DNA of 64,000 nucleotides from an uncultured Acidimicrobiales bacterium. Its GTDB lineage: Bacteria > Actinomycetota > Acidimicrobiia > Acidimicrobiales > RAAP-2. Below the pieces are notes generated by a model. That model made no database searches and was not told the origin of the DNA. It worked only from the letters and a program-made list of their open reading frames with translations. Location: contig CAVSET010000003.1 of assembly GCA_963727075.1 (NCBI GenBank), positions 55,481 through 119,480 on the forward strand. Direction: 5' to 3'. The translations under genes were made by a program, and so were the position numbers. Shown here piece by piece: positions 19,470 through 28,968 of the stretch (position 1 is the stretch's first letter; each line of letters begins with the position of its first letter).

Positions 19470-22400
19470 CTAGATAAGAAGCGAGACCTCTTCGGCATCG
19501 AGCCCATAGAGGGACTCGACTAGCTCATCAAGCGACCGGATGGCAGATGAAAGGTGCCGATCCAAGAGGTAGCGCTCTATCACCGCGCGAAGCTGAGAGA
19601 ATAGCCTTCGGCAACACTGACGCAACGCTCATACGCCCTCTTGACCTCGGTGCATTGACGTTGGGTGGAGTCGATTAGGATTGGAAGGCGGGAAAGATTG
19701 CGGTTCCGGGCGGCGAACCAGCTCCCCCTCCAAGCGCGGCTGTACCGCTTCAGTACCCAGGAGAGCAGTCGGGTATTGAGGAGAGCTTCAAGGTATGCAG
19801 GGTCATCGATCCCTTCAAGATCGACTCCATATCCGCCAGTCGATACATTCACGAAATAGTGGTGCTGGTCGTCGAGATGCGCACACAGCCGGTCAACCAT
19901 GTACGGGATCATTTATCTTCGGACCTTCGTAACGCTCTAGGTTTTGTCGCCGGGAGAACTGATACCAGTTTGTCCTGTTCCAATCACCGGCGCGCGATTC
20001 GAGTCGCTTCTTGTTCTCGTGGAGCCACGCCCAGGCGTATGGGAACTCGGCGGCGAGCCGCCGAGGCGGTATCAGCGCATAGGGAGAATCGGTCGAAACC
20101 CGTTCGTATGGCCGGAGGAGCACTGTTGAAGCTTCTTGTTTCAAGAACGGTTGGAGGTCTGTGCGCCCCCCGTATACCGGCCGGAGCACCTTTGCCTCAA
20201 TGGAAATGGGTCCATATCAAGATCATCGCGGGGTCCGACCAAGCGACAGCCCTTGTTCTTTCGGTCGGGACCGTGATCCATCAAGCAGTAGACATAGTCA
20301 GCGCCCGTGATGACCCCCTGGAATATCGCTCCGGTCAAATCACCGAGGCTGGGATTCTCTCTTGAAAGGCGATCTAGAAGTGATCTTTCGGCAGGCATCG
20401 CAAGGTCCCACTCTTCGGCACCGAGGGTCGAGGCTGGCAGTTTGCCTGTAAACAGACTGCCGGTGTCCTCCGCGATCGACAGAGCGGCTTGTGATGGCGG
20501 CGGTGCACACGGGTGAGCAAGTATTCGCTATTTGCCCTGGCAGTTAGATGCAAGAGCAATGTGTATGCCCCAATTCCCTCAAAGACGAACCCGTCACCGA
20601 AATCGACTATCTCCTCGACGTGCTGACCATTAGATAGCGATTCGCGAAGTGGACGCCCAGCATCCGTCTCAGTGAACTGGCGAGACACGATGTATCCGAA
20701 CCTTCGGGTTGCCGAGCTGGTCTGGCGAAGGATCGAGAGGCCCTTCTCGACGAACGGTCCAGCGATGTCAAATGATCCGGCGCTTGCAGACTTATATTTG
20801 ACGGCATAGAGATTGGCTTCCTCGGGACGAAACCGTCGAAGCACCTGGACCCTTGTGTAGGGAGGATTGCCAATCACGGCGTCGAATCCACCGCGACTGG
20901 AAAACACCTTCCCGAAACCGTGGTGTTCATCATGCCAATCGAAAGGATTGATTCGGTAGGCCAACTCGTCGTGTAGGAGTTCTGGCGGTACGTCTGAGAA
21001 GCCCAACAGAGAGTTTCCGCACATGATGTTGCCGTGGAGCGGCGGAAGATAGGTGTGATGGAATAGTCGCTGCCTCGTCAGCGTCTGTTGATCCTCTCCC
21101 TCTAGGACCTTCAGATAGAGGCTCATTTGGGTGACTTCCACGGCTTGTGGATCAATATCCACGCCATAGATGTTGCGAGCGAGGATGTCGCCCTTGGTCT
21201 CACTCGTTATCCGCCGATTTCCCTGAGCGTCTCGAAAGTGCCGTTCAGGAGTTTCGGTTGGATGGTTCTCGAAGTAGTTCTCATGCCAGCGGATGAGGTA
21301 GTCGAGCGCGCCGAGCAGAAAGCTCCCAGATCCACACGTGGGATCAACAATCCTCAGATTGGCCACTGCTCGCGGCGTGACGCCTTCAACTAGGGGCTTC
21401 AAGGCGCGCTCGACGATGCGATCCACAATCCATTTCGGCGTGTAGTAGACGCCCCCGGAGTGCCGAATCTCGGGACGCTCGACGACCAGGACAGTTCCGT
21501 CATCTTGGATCTCAAGCTCATTGCTGAGAAAGCGCTCGTAGACCGAGCCCGAGAAGATCGGGGCTGATCACATCAAATCGATATTTGCTATGCGGGAAGT
21601 AGAGCTCAGCGACAAGGTCTTGGAAGAAGCGGTCGCTAAGGTTCAGCTTCTCGGAGAAGTGATTCGCGAACAGTTGGCCGTTGTAGATGGCGCGTCTAGA
21701 CGCCGGAACTCCGCAGTGACAAGCCGATAGTAGGCATTCGTTGTTAGCGCATATTCTGAGAAGAGGACGATGCGGGGTTCTATGAATCTGACCTCGCAGA
21801 CCCTAAGGAACACGAGACGGTCGAGAATCCGTTGAGTGGCTTCGGCCAGTTGGTGGGAATTCCAGCCCCGTGATTTCGTTCGTTCAGTTCTGTTGCAACT
21901 GGTCGCGCCAGCCGTCCAAGATACGCGGAGAAAAGCTCACCGACACGGACTGCCCCGGAAAACTCGTCCGCTACTTGCGGCGAGTTTGAACGATTCAAGA
22001 CTGCCGCTCGCCACAGCTTCCCGCGAGAACGTATCCCACAACTGGTCCCACGACGCTTCGTACTCTCCAAACATAAGATCGAGACCGGGCAAGATTCCCG
22101 TGTCGGGCATTTGACTATGAGGCACGAGTGTGCAGTCGAAGACGCGCAACTTCGAGGAAGTTTGTAGCACCGAAACGCCAATGTCATAGTTCCAGGCGTA
22201 TTCCTTCAGCTGATATGCGGGTGACTGCGATTGGAGACTGACATGTGGTTTCTTCGCTTCTACAAAGAATCTGTTCGCTCCACCAAGTCGGAAGCTGTAA
22301 TCAGGCTCAAAATCCATGGACTCCGCTCCGCAAGCTCTTCTTCCGTGAGTTCATCTCCCTTCGAGTTCTCCAGCAGCGGCTGCTTCCGTCTCGATCCGAA

Positions 22401-22585
22401 CGTGGTAGCGAACGTCTCTTCCTTCTCCCAGTCCCCAAGGTCGAGCACGTCCCAGCCAGAGCGCCTTGAAGAAGAATGGGTTGATCCACCTTCTCTCGGG
22501 TGGTCGTCTCGTCATATTCCTCAGAGCGTAGTAGGCGTTATGAGCTTTGAACTGATCGACAAGAGCTGAACTGCTTCAAGCTCAT
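19470..22585 (-). pseudogene. Type IIG restriction-modification enzyme (N-terminal nuclease, gamma-class N6-adenine methyltransferase, TaqI-like specificity domain), many frameshifts
   Basis: The pieces occur in order on the minus strand:
- N-terminus from ATG 22585 (MSLKQF...), with GWDVLDLGDWEKEE and PDYSFRLGGANRFFVEAKKP (nuclease motif).
- LDRLVFLRVCE.
- VYYTPKWIVDRIVE.
- Methyltransferase motif I VDPTCGSGSFLLGA and motif IV VIGNPPYTRV (ORF 20374-21426).
- Specificity-domain pieces in ORFs 20141-20398, 19893-20189 and 19580-19912.
- True C-terminus ERYLLDRHLSSAIRSLDELVESLYGLDAEEVSLLI, with the stop at 19470-19472.
At least 8 frame changes by hand count. Confidence 0.8.
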
Positions 22586-23091
22586 AGCTTGCTTGAGGTA
22601 CAATGGTCCTGTGAACGCTAGTCAGTCATTGGACGGGTCGTGTGTGATCGCTCTACTGTAGGTGGCGCATATTTGATCTGAGCTGGATCATGCTTTACTG
22701 GGGGCTGTCAGCGCTCGAAGGCTAGCGATCGGGCTTCTGAGGCTAGACTTGCAGGACGATTCAGGCCTCAGGTCACTTTCAGCTTCGCTGTGTGGGCTTC
22801 TTCGACTGGGCTGTGGTTGCTGTCATATTGGTGACTTTGCTGACTAGATTGGAACGCTCCTGTACTACTGTCGACACTCCTGCTGCTGCTCGCTCCCAAT
22901 GAGCTGGTGGACTCCAAAGCAGCAACAACAAGACTCAACTTACGCAGCGCTTCTCGGGTCACAAGGGTCGAATGGCTCCAGTCGCTTAACTGGGGTAGAC
23001 GAGTTCGTCACCGGAGCTGTCACTACGCTCCATTGTCACTGCGTCTCTGTACTGCGTCCCATCGCTCTGCGGAGCTTAACTGCTGAGTTTG

Positions 23092-23400
23092 CTATAGTGG
23101 ATTTTGGCGATCGACGAGCGGGCTAGTTGCTCCAGACCAACTTATGAGTCCGCTTTGGCTAGATAGTTCAGCGTTGACGATTTTGCGACTGGCTGGCATG
23201 AGCAGTTTTTCGCGGCTCCGGTGAGGTTGTTGGTTGTGTGCGTACCCACGGTAGCTAAATGCGATCCGGCGTAAGTCGAGGCGAGCTGGGTGGCTCTCGA
23301 TGGCTGAGGGCGTGACCTTGTAGATCGCATCGATTAATGTTGCAATGATGTCTGCCAGTTCCGAGACGACATTGAGCTCATGACCAGCGGAGCCGGTCAC
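23092..23400 (-). CDS. Hypothetical protein (102-aa ORF)
   Basis: The only support is an open frame with a plausible N-terminal sequence (MTGSAGHELNVVSELADIIATLIDAIYKVTPSAIE...) and a start overlapping the stop of the upstream gene. Confidence 0.3.
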   Translation of the reverse strand: MTGSAGHELNVVSELADIIATLIDAIYKVTPSAIESHPARLDLRRIAFSYRGYAHNQQPHRSREKLLMPASRKIVNAELSSQSGLISWSGATSPLVDRQNPL

Positions 23401-23911
23401 GGGAGGCTCTGCTTGTCGAGCCAGATGGCGACCAGGTGGGGGCTTGCCTCAAACACCGTGCACGCCTCGCCAGCAAACCAACACGCTCGTCGGGTCAACC
23501 AGATGTAGCCCCTTGCAGGGTTGGTGACCGAGTACCACCGACCAATCGGACACCCGACACACTCCCAGTACACGGGCGTTGCCCGCATCCGCTCTCGCAC
23601 GTTCGCGCATCGTTGCCGCGTCCCGTCCCTATCTCTCGGACTACCGGCCACGGGCAACGGCGGCCAGGAGTAACCACGGACCGAGGCGCTCACCGCTTGC
23701 TCTCCAGCGCGGCTGCTCCCTGAGCATCCGGGACGGGCAACACGCCGCGCGGCGCTGTGACCTGCCACTCCTGCACCCGACCTATGGGGCACCTCGAATC
23801 CAGTACATAACCCGGCCGGATTAGCAGCGAGCAAGCGCCTCGCGGACAGTAGACGATGGCCGGGATGAACACACCTCCTACTCGCATCGTCTGCCACTGG
23901 CTCACCTCCAT
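23397..23911 (-). pseudogene. Hypothetical Cys-rich protein, at least one frameshift
   Basis: The N-terminal piece is MEVSQWQTMRVGGVFIPAIVYCPRGACSLLIRPGYVLDSRCPIGRVQEWQV (ORF 23690-23911). The C-terminal piece is ATPVYWECVGCPIGRWYSVTNPARGYIWLTRRACWFAGEACTVFEASPHLVAIWLDKQSLP (ORF 23397-23897). Confidence 0.4.
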
Positions 23912-23985
23912 GGAGCCGAGCTAGCTTGGGGCATTAGTCTCACCACGGCAGTGGCAATCATCTTGGGCTCCGTGGCTGGCTGGGG

Positions 23986-24213
23986 TCAACGTAGATGATT
24001 GGTCTCGAACCTCGCTGTCTGCGTGTCCGTGCCATCGCCTTCGACGCCCGGCACGATCCGCAGTAGCTGGCCCCCATCGCCAGCCAGAGCACACAGCATG
24101 GGTGCCGAGTCCGGTGCGTGGGCCGTCCAGGTGTCCTCGTGGCAGAGCCGGCAGGGTTCGGGTTGGCTGAGCTGATGGCCTGGGCGGTGTAGGTCGATCT
24201 GCGCTGTTGTCAT
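23986..24213 (-). CDS. Hypothetical 75-aa protein
   Basis: ATG 24213 starts MTTAQIDLHRPGHQLSQPEPCRLCHEDTWTAH.... The start overlaps the stop of the upstream gene, consistent with an operon. Confidence 0.4.
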   Translation of the reverse strand: MTTAQIDLHRPGHQLSQPEPCRLCHEDTWTAHAPDSAPMLCALAGDGGQLLRIVPGVEGDGTDTQTARFETNHLR

Positions 24214-24528
24214 CGACGACTCCGAGGCCCTACGCCTGGGGGCAGACGGAGCAAGTCGACGGCTTTGGCGGCCTCGTCGGCGGCAACAACCCGGTCGTCG
24301 TCGCTGGCTCTGGCGTCCGCCAGGACGCTGATTGCTGCGCCGGCTGAGCGTGCCAGCTTCGAGCGGCACCCCTCGCAGATTCGGATCACCGGCATGGTGA
24401 GCCGTCCGGTGCATCGAGCACCACGGTTCGCCCGACTCGTCACGGAACATCGTGTCGAGTCCGCAGCAAGCACACGGTGCGACGTCCCCCTCCTCTGGAC
24501 CGTCTCCAACCTCTTCGTACGTGCCCAA
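24210..24528 (-). pseudogene. Hypothetical zinc-finger-like protein, one frameshift
   Basis: MGTYEEVGDGPEEGDVAPCACCGLDTMFRDESGEPWCSMHRTAHHAGDP (ORF 23986-24528) continues as VIRICEGCRSKLARSAGAAISVLADARASDDDRVVAADEAAKAVDLLRLPP (ORF 24210-24545). Confidence 0.4.
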
Positions 24529-24548
24529 TACCTCGGACGTATCACTAC

Positions 24549-25342
24549 CTATGTACCTAGTGCGTGGCTCGCTCGTTGCACCACGTTCCGAATCGGCACC
24601 GACAACGGTTGCACTTTGCTCGGGCCTTTCACATGCAACGGATGTCGCGAACCATCGTCGGACTGGTGCATTCGTTGCACCACAGTCCCTGCGGCCGGTC
24701 GGCGGTTAGCGTGGTCACGATCCGGGGGGCGAACATCACTTCCGAGAATCTTCATCGGTGGGCAATGAGCCAGCCAGACCTCGACCGCCTTGTGGGCGCC
24801 GGTGGCCGTGGTGGTGGCCTTGATGCTCAGCCAACCGAGGCCGGCGAGGTACTCAGCGTGGCTTTGGCTGTTCGCCAGTCGATGCCGATTGCCTTCGCGA
24901 TCGGCAGTCCAACGCGCTGGTGTCGGTTGTCATTGCCACACCTGAGGGCGATGTAGCCGTACACGGCAATGCAGGTCAGGCAGGCCCGCTCCAGAATGCA
25001 GGCCGGGGTGAACCCGAAGTTCTTATCGTGGGGCTCTGCTGGCCGTCGTGTTGGCCTCTTGGAACGTCGGTTGCTTGATCGTGACCTGCCGTTCGACGAG
25101 CGTGCAAACAGATCGCTCATGCTCAGGCCGAGCGCCTTCAACACCTCATTCGTCTCGCAACCGGCATGGCAGTAGACGAGTCCGCGGCCGTTGTCACCAA
25201 CGGAGATGGTGAGACTCGGACGCTTATCGTGGTGTGTTGGACACTGGGCGTCCCACTTGTCGCCCCGGCGACGGATGACCTGGCGGCCGCTGCTGCTGAG
25301 TTTCTCGATGATCTGAGCGACGGGGGGGTCGGATGAGGTCAC
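24549..25342 (-). pseudogene. Primase-type zinc-finger plus HTH protein (element replication/regulation), one frameshift
   Basis: WDAQCPTHHDKRPSLTISVGDNGRGLVYCHAGCETNEVLKALGLSMSDLF is the CHC2/P4-primase-like zinc-binding pattern. It is followed by an HTH-like segment VGLPIAKAIGIDWRTAK. The frame changes near 24830 (...YLAGLGWLSIK... in ORF 24549-24755). Confidence 0.55.
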
Positions 25343-25605
25343 CGGCCGGCCTTCCGGCGCCGAGCCTGGGCGGACAAGAGCGCAAGTCGCGCATAGTGCG
25401 CCTGACGAGCGCTTTCAGCCCGACGAGAACGTTCGGCCGGGTCCAGCTCGCCCATGGGATCAACCTCACGCTCAAACTTTTCGCGGAGGGCGGTGCGGGC
25501 GGGCGCAGTTCGGGCTGCGGGATCAGAAGTCCGCGCCCAACTTGCGTGGGCAGCGAGCCGACTGCGAAGGGCTCGTTCAGATGGTGTCAACGGCACGCGA
25601 AGCAT
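25339..25605 (-). CDS. Hypothetical 88-aa Arg/Ala-rich protein typical of actinobacterial integrative elements
   Basis: The product is MLRVPLTPSERALRSRLAAHASWARTSDPAARTAPARTALREKFEREVDPMGELDPAERSRRAESARQAHYARLALLSAQ.... The stop overlaps the next gene's start (ATGA). Confidence 0.5.
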   Translation of the reverse strand: MLRVPLTPSERALRSRLAAHASWARTSDPAARTAPARTALREKFEREVDPMGELDPAERSRRAESARQAHYARLALLSAQARRRKAGR

Positions 25606-25747
25606 CCTTTCGATGCTCCGGGTGCCGACACCGGACTGTTCTGCCTGACGGCCTGGCGAGCTAGCTGTCTGCCACCACTGTACTAAGTGCTGGGACGGGG
25701 CGCGCCTTGATCTGTCGTGGACTCGCCAACCGGGCTAGAACTCCCAC

Positions 25748-26200
25748 ATGCCACGAACATCCAGGCAGGAACTGGGCGACCTCGGGGAGACGCTTGTCTC
25801 CAAACTGCCGTGCCCACGCTGCAAGCGCGATCGCACGCTCAAACGCCTGCCGACCAACTTCCGATGCGCTGACTTGATCTGCGATTTCTGCGGATATCTG
25901 GCGCAGGTCAAGACGACTCAACGCGAGGACGTGAATACATCACCATCCTCACTGATGGGGGCTGCCTGGGGGCCTCAGCATGAACGGATGCAGGCTGGAA
26001 TCTACTTTCCGTTGTTCGTGGTCGTGGTATCGCCGAATCGCCGGAAGAGAGCCGTCTACTACCTCCCTGCCGACCTCCAGAGTCCTGCCAACTTCGAGAA
26101 GCGAGCACCCCTTGGTCCTGCGGCACGTAGGGCGGGCTGGACCGGCTATCAGCTCCGGCTTGACCTACCAGGTGGGCATCGTCCCGTGCGGCTCGCTTGA
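25748..26200 (+). CDS. DpnI-like (Dam-replacing family) methyl-directed restriction endonuclease, catalytic domain only (150 aa)
   Basis: The layout matches the DpnI N-terminal domain as recalled from memory: a zinc-like CPRC...CDFC pair (DpnI CPNC...CNHC), GAAWGPQHERMQAG...FPLFVVVV (DpnI GAYATMMKRVQA...FFFLTY) and KRAPLGPAARRAGWTGYQLRL (DpnI RKPLAPTARRAGWIGCNIDL). The frame is intact. No C-terminal winged-helix domain is present. Confidence 0.75.
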   Translation: MPRTSRQELGDLGETLVSKLPCPRCKRDRTLKRLPTNFRCADLICDFCGYLAQVKTTQREDVNTSPSSLMGAAWGPQHERMQAGIYFPLFVVVVSPNRRKRAVYYLPADLQSPANFEKRAPLGPAARRAGWTGYQLRLDLPGGHRPVRLA

Positions 26201-26210
26201 AACTGATCCA

Positions 26211-26679
26211 CTACCCCTTGATCAGACGCACTCGGGCCGGGGGTGGGGGCTGAGTCCATGCCAGGCGATGGGCCTTTGGAAGCAGTTCGGGCTGCCGGGG
26301 CGGCCACTGGACATTCGGCCGCATGCCCTCGGATCGCTCGACCTCTGCCTCGTTCGGTAGCCAGTAAACGGGATGACCGGCCACGTAGGCCTCGCTCTAC
26401 AAGCTGGCGGACCCACTTTCGGTCGAGCAAGAACTGACCCTTGCACGGCATGTCCCGACATCTGCACTGCCAAAACTGATTTAGCCCGGGTGACTCAGAC
26501 GACACACCGGAGACCCTCGTCATGGTCAACTCGACAACTCCCTTGGAATTCTCCGGTCGATCTGCGAGTGCAGGCTCCCGGTATTCGACCCACAAGTCAC
26601 GGTCATCCCTGAGGACCTTGGCCAACCAACTGCCGCACAGAGGACACCCGACCTTCGCCAGCAGCCGTCGCTGATTCAC
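26211..26679 (-). pseudogene. Hypothetical Cys-rich protein downstream of integrase, at least one frameshift
   Basis: GTG 26679 overlaps the integrase stop (GTGA). The product starts VNQRRLLAKVGCPLCGSWLAKVLRDDRDLWVEYREP...FWQCRCRDMPCKGQFLLDRKWVRQLVER. A frame change near 26395 leads to EAYVAGHPVYWLPNEAEVERSEGMRPNVQWPPRQPELLPKAHRLAW...RLIKG followed by a stop. Confidence 0.35.
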
Positions 26680-27596
26680 AGCCTGTCGCCGGGAGAGCGG
26701 GATTGATATGCGGTACCGGGCGCGCTCGTCAGCGGCGGATGCTCCGTAGCGGTTGAGCATCTCGCGTGTGCGCCAGCCGACGAGGCGCATCAAATCGGTT
26801 TCATTGCCGCCATCGGCCAGCCAGCGGTGCGCGAACACGTGCCGGAACAGGTGAGCGTGGACGTGGCCGATGCCTGCCTGCTTCGCCCGGCGTTCGACAA
26901 TGGAGCGGATACCTGCGGTGCCGAGCAGGACCGCGGGACCCGAGCGGCAGCGCGTCGGTGATTGCAGCCTTCGGGTCCCGAGCCCGCAGGTGGATGTACC
27001 GATCGAGCGCGCTAGCCGTCTTGGCCCCGTAAGGACAGGCCCGCGGTCGGCTGCCCCTTTCCCATGACTACGGCCACCCTGGCGTCGAGGTCGACATCGG
27101 ACACCTTGAGATTGGTCAGCTCGCTCAGACGCATTCCTGAATCGAGGAACAATCTGATTACCGCCATATCTCGGCGGTCCTCGAACCGCTTACCCTCACA
27201 GGCTGCCAGCAGGCGGCGCAGATCGTCATCCGTAATCACCGGTACCGGCACGTCGGGGACCTGAGGGGGCTTCATCTTAGCCATCGGCGAGACGGTGATC
27301 TCCCCGAAGTCGATCAGGAAGTTGAACAGGGCAGTCAGGGCCCTATAGCGGTTGTTGGCCGTCGCGGGGGCCTTGGTCTGTACGAGGCGTTCGATGAACG
27401 CCTCAACATGCTCGCGGCTGATCTTGGTCGCCACTGTGGGCATCCCAGACGCCCGCAGGAAGGCCAGGAGCTGCTCGGCGGCCTCGCTGTAGGTGGCGAC
27501 GGTCTTCGGGCTCTTATTTGCCGCCCTCAGCGAACGCTGAAAGGAGGGAATGAGCGAGGAGAGGTCGCCTACAGTTGAGGCGGTGATCGTGTCCAT
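26676..27596 (-). pseudogene. Tyrosine-type site-specific recombinase (phage integrase family), 3 frameshifts
   Basis: ATG 27596 opens MDTITAST... and an N-terminal SAM-like domain (KTVATYSEAAEQLLAFL...NNRYRALTALFNFL). The catalytic Arg lies in LDSGMRLSEL. Frames change near 27040, 26905 and 26700, giving GKGSRPRACPYGAKTASALDRYIHLR, then LLGTAGIRSIVERRAKQAGIGHVHAHLFRHVFAHRWLADGGNETDLMRLVGWRTREMLNRYGAS (HxxR, H and Y), then the typical end SPGDRL followed by a stop. Confidence 0.85.
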
Positions 27597-27742
27597 GGAA
27601 GTGCCTTTCCTGGGCCCGGGAGCCAGCGTTGTGGGGTGCCTGGAAGCATCGGCCCAACAAAGGTTATCCGCGCAGGGAGCGTTGTGCAAACAGCCTCCCA
27701 GGGCGGATAGCCGGAAAAGTCCAGCTAAGAAGTAGTTTTTGA

Positions 27743-27819
27743 CGGGAAGTGGCGCAGCTTGGCAGCGCGCCTGCTTTGGGAGCAGGAGGTCGCGGGTTCA
27801 AATCCCGCCTTCCCGACCA
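27743..27819 (+). tRNA. tRNA-Pro (anticodon UGG), CCA encoded
   Basis: Cloverleaf by hand: acceptor CGGGAAG/CTTCCCG, anticodon arm CCTGC-TTTGGGA-GCAGG (anticodon TGG), T-arm GCGGG-TTCAAAT-CCCGC, discriminator A plus CCA. Confidence 0.9.
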
Positions 27820-28268
27820 GAACATGCAGTTCAGGGAGACCTACAAATCCAGCCTTCTTTGGTTGCGGATGTGGGTGCAATAGGCGTGCCCTGCGATCAG
27901 ACAGCCAGCCACAGGCGGAGCCGACCGGTGTCCAACTTCCCCGGATGCGCGCCACAGGCATAGGCCCGCCACCCGACACTGCGATGTCTCTGGCACGGCG
28001 AAGGGCGCCGAGAGAATCCGTGTTGCGGAATCGCCAACGGCGTCACAGTCGGTGCTATCGATCTTGTGCTAGCGCCAACTTGGCTCGATCTCGCCTACGA
28101 GGATGGCCACGTGGTACCCGCCATGTTCCCCACGAGACGTAATGCAGGCGCCTGGCCCACTCTGCCTGGGAGCGACCGAACTCGTGCCATGAGTGCTGGT
28201 CCAATCCTTTATGAGGTGACACCTAACGCGGGGACCGAACAGCCTCGGGGTGGAGGTAGGCTCGGCTT

Positions 28269-28895
28269 GTGGCTCCAACGGTGGTGCCGGGTACGGCGGA
28301 CGGCTCTCCCGCCATGGCCCCGATCGACAACGTCGGCACACCACGCCGTCGGAGCAAGCGTTGGTTCATTGCCGCAGGCGTAGCGGTTGGCCTGACGCTT
28401 GTGACCCTGATCGTCGTCGGCATTTCGCATGCCTTACATTCACTTTCAACCATCGGCCAAGCATTCTCCGGTCTGGCCCAAGACGGCGCCGCCAAGGCAT
28501 CGTTGGCCGATGGCATCGCCAAGGCAGACCACATCCCGGACGGAGCGTTGACTCTCGCCCTACTGAATGCCCAACGTCCAGACGTGATTTGGATTTCAAG
28601 CGGCGACTCTGTGCCGCCGATCAGTGGTGGCCACACGTACGTGGGCATCAGCGCACAGGGTGACCATGTCGTGACGGCGGTGAACTTTGGGAGCTGTGAG
28701 TATGGACTGACGGTTGCGGCGAGGAACGATCCGATCCTCGGCCAGTACGACCTACCTGGTCTCGGAACCTATTGGGCATCTCCGGACACGGCGAGGTCGA
28801 CAAAGGCATGTTCAGCCGACTCAGCACCGAAATCTGGATGGTCGCGGGCCGACAGTCGGGAACTCAAAGCTTGGAACGCTCCGCCGTTGGGCTAA
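28269..28895 (+). CDS. Hypothetical membrane-anchored protein
   Basis: 208-aa ORF with a single N-terminal TM segment (WFIAAGVAVGLTLVTLIVVGI). No family was recognised and the start is uncertain. Confidence 0.45.
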   Translation: MAPTVVPGTADGSPAMAPIDNVGTPRRRSKRWFIAAGVAVGLTLVTLIVVGISHALHSLSTIGQAFSGLAQDGAAKASLADGIAKADHIPDGALTLALLNAQRPDVIWISSGDSVPPISGGHTYVGISAQGDHVVTAVNFGSCEYGLTVAARNDPILGQYDLPGLGTYWASPDTARSTKACSADSAPKSGWSRADSRELKAWNAPPLG

Positions 28896-28968
28896 ACGGA
28901 CAGAAGCTGGGTTATCCCTGATCGCAGGTTGTGTCCTGCCCCTAGCCCGCATTCCAGTGGCAGGGAAG

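Larger units (their letters stand above)
16359..27742. mobile_element. Integrative genomic island inserted at tRNA-Pro(UGG), apparently decayed
   Basis: A perfect 39-nt direct repeat marks both ends. A tyrosine recombinase gene lies about 150 nt from the tRNA. G+C is visibly lower than in the flanks. The content is primase-Zn-finger/HTH, restriction and defence-type genes, nearly all with broken frames. Confidence 0.75.

Noticed and set aside
25661-25921. 86-aa minus-strand ORF overlapping the 5' end of the DpnI-like gene
   Set aside because: The plus-strand frame has a specific family match across the same bases. The minus ORF has no features.
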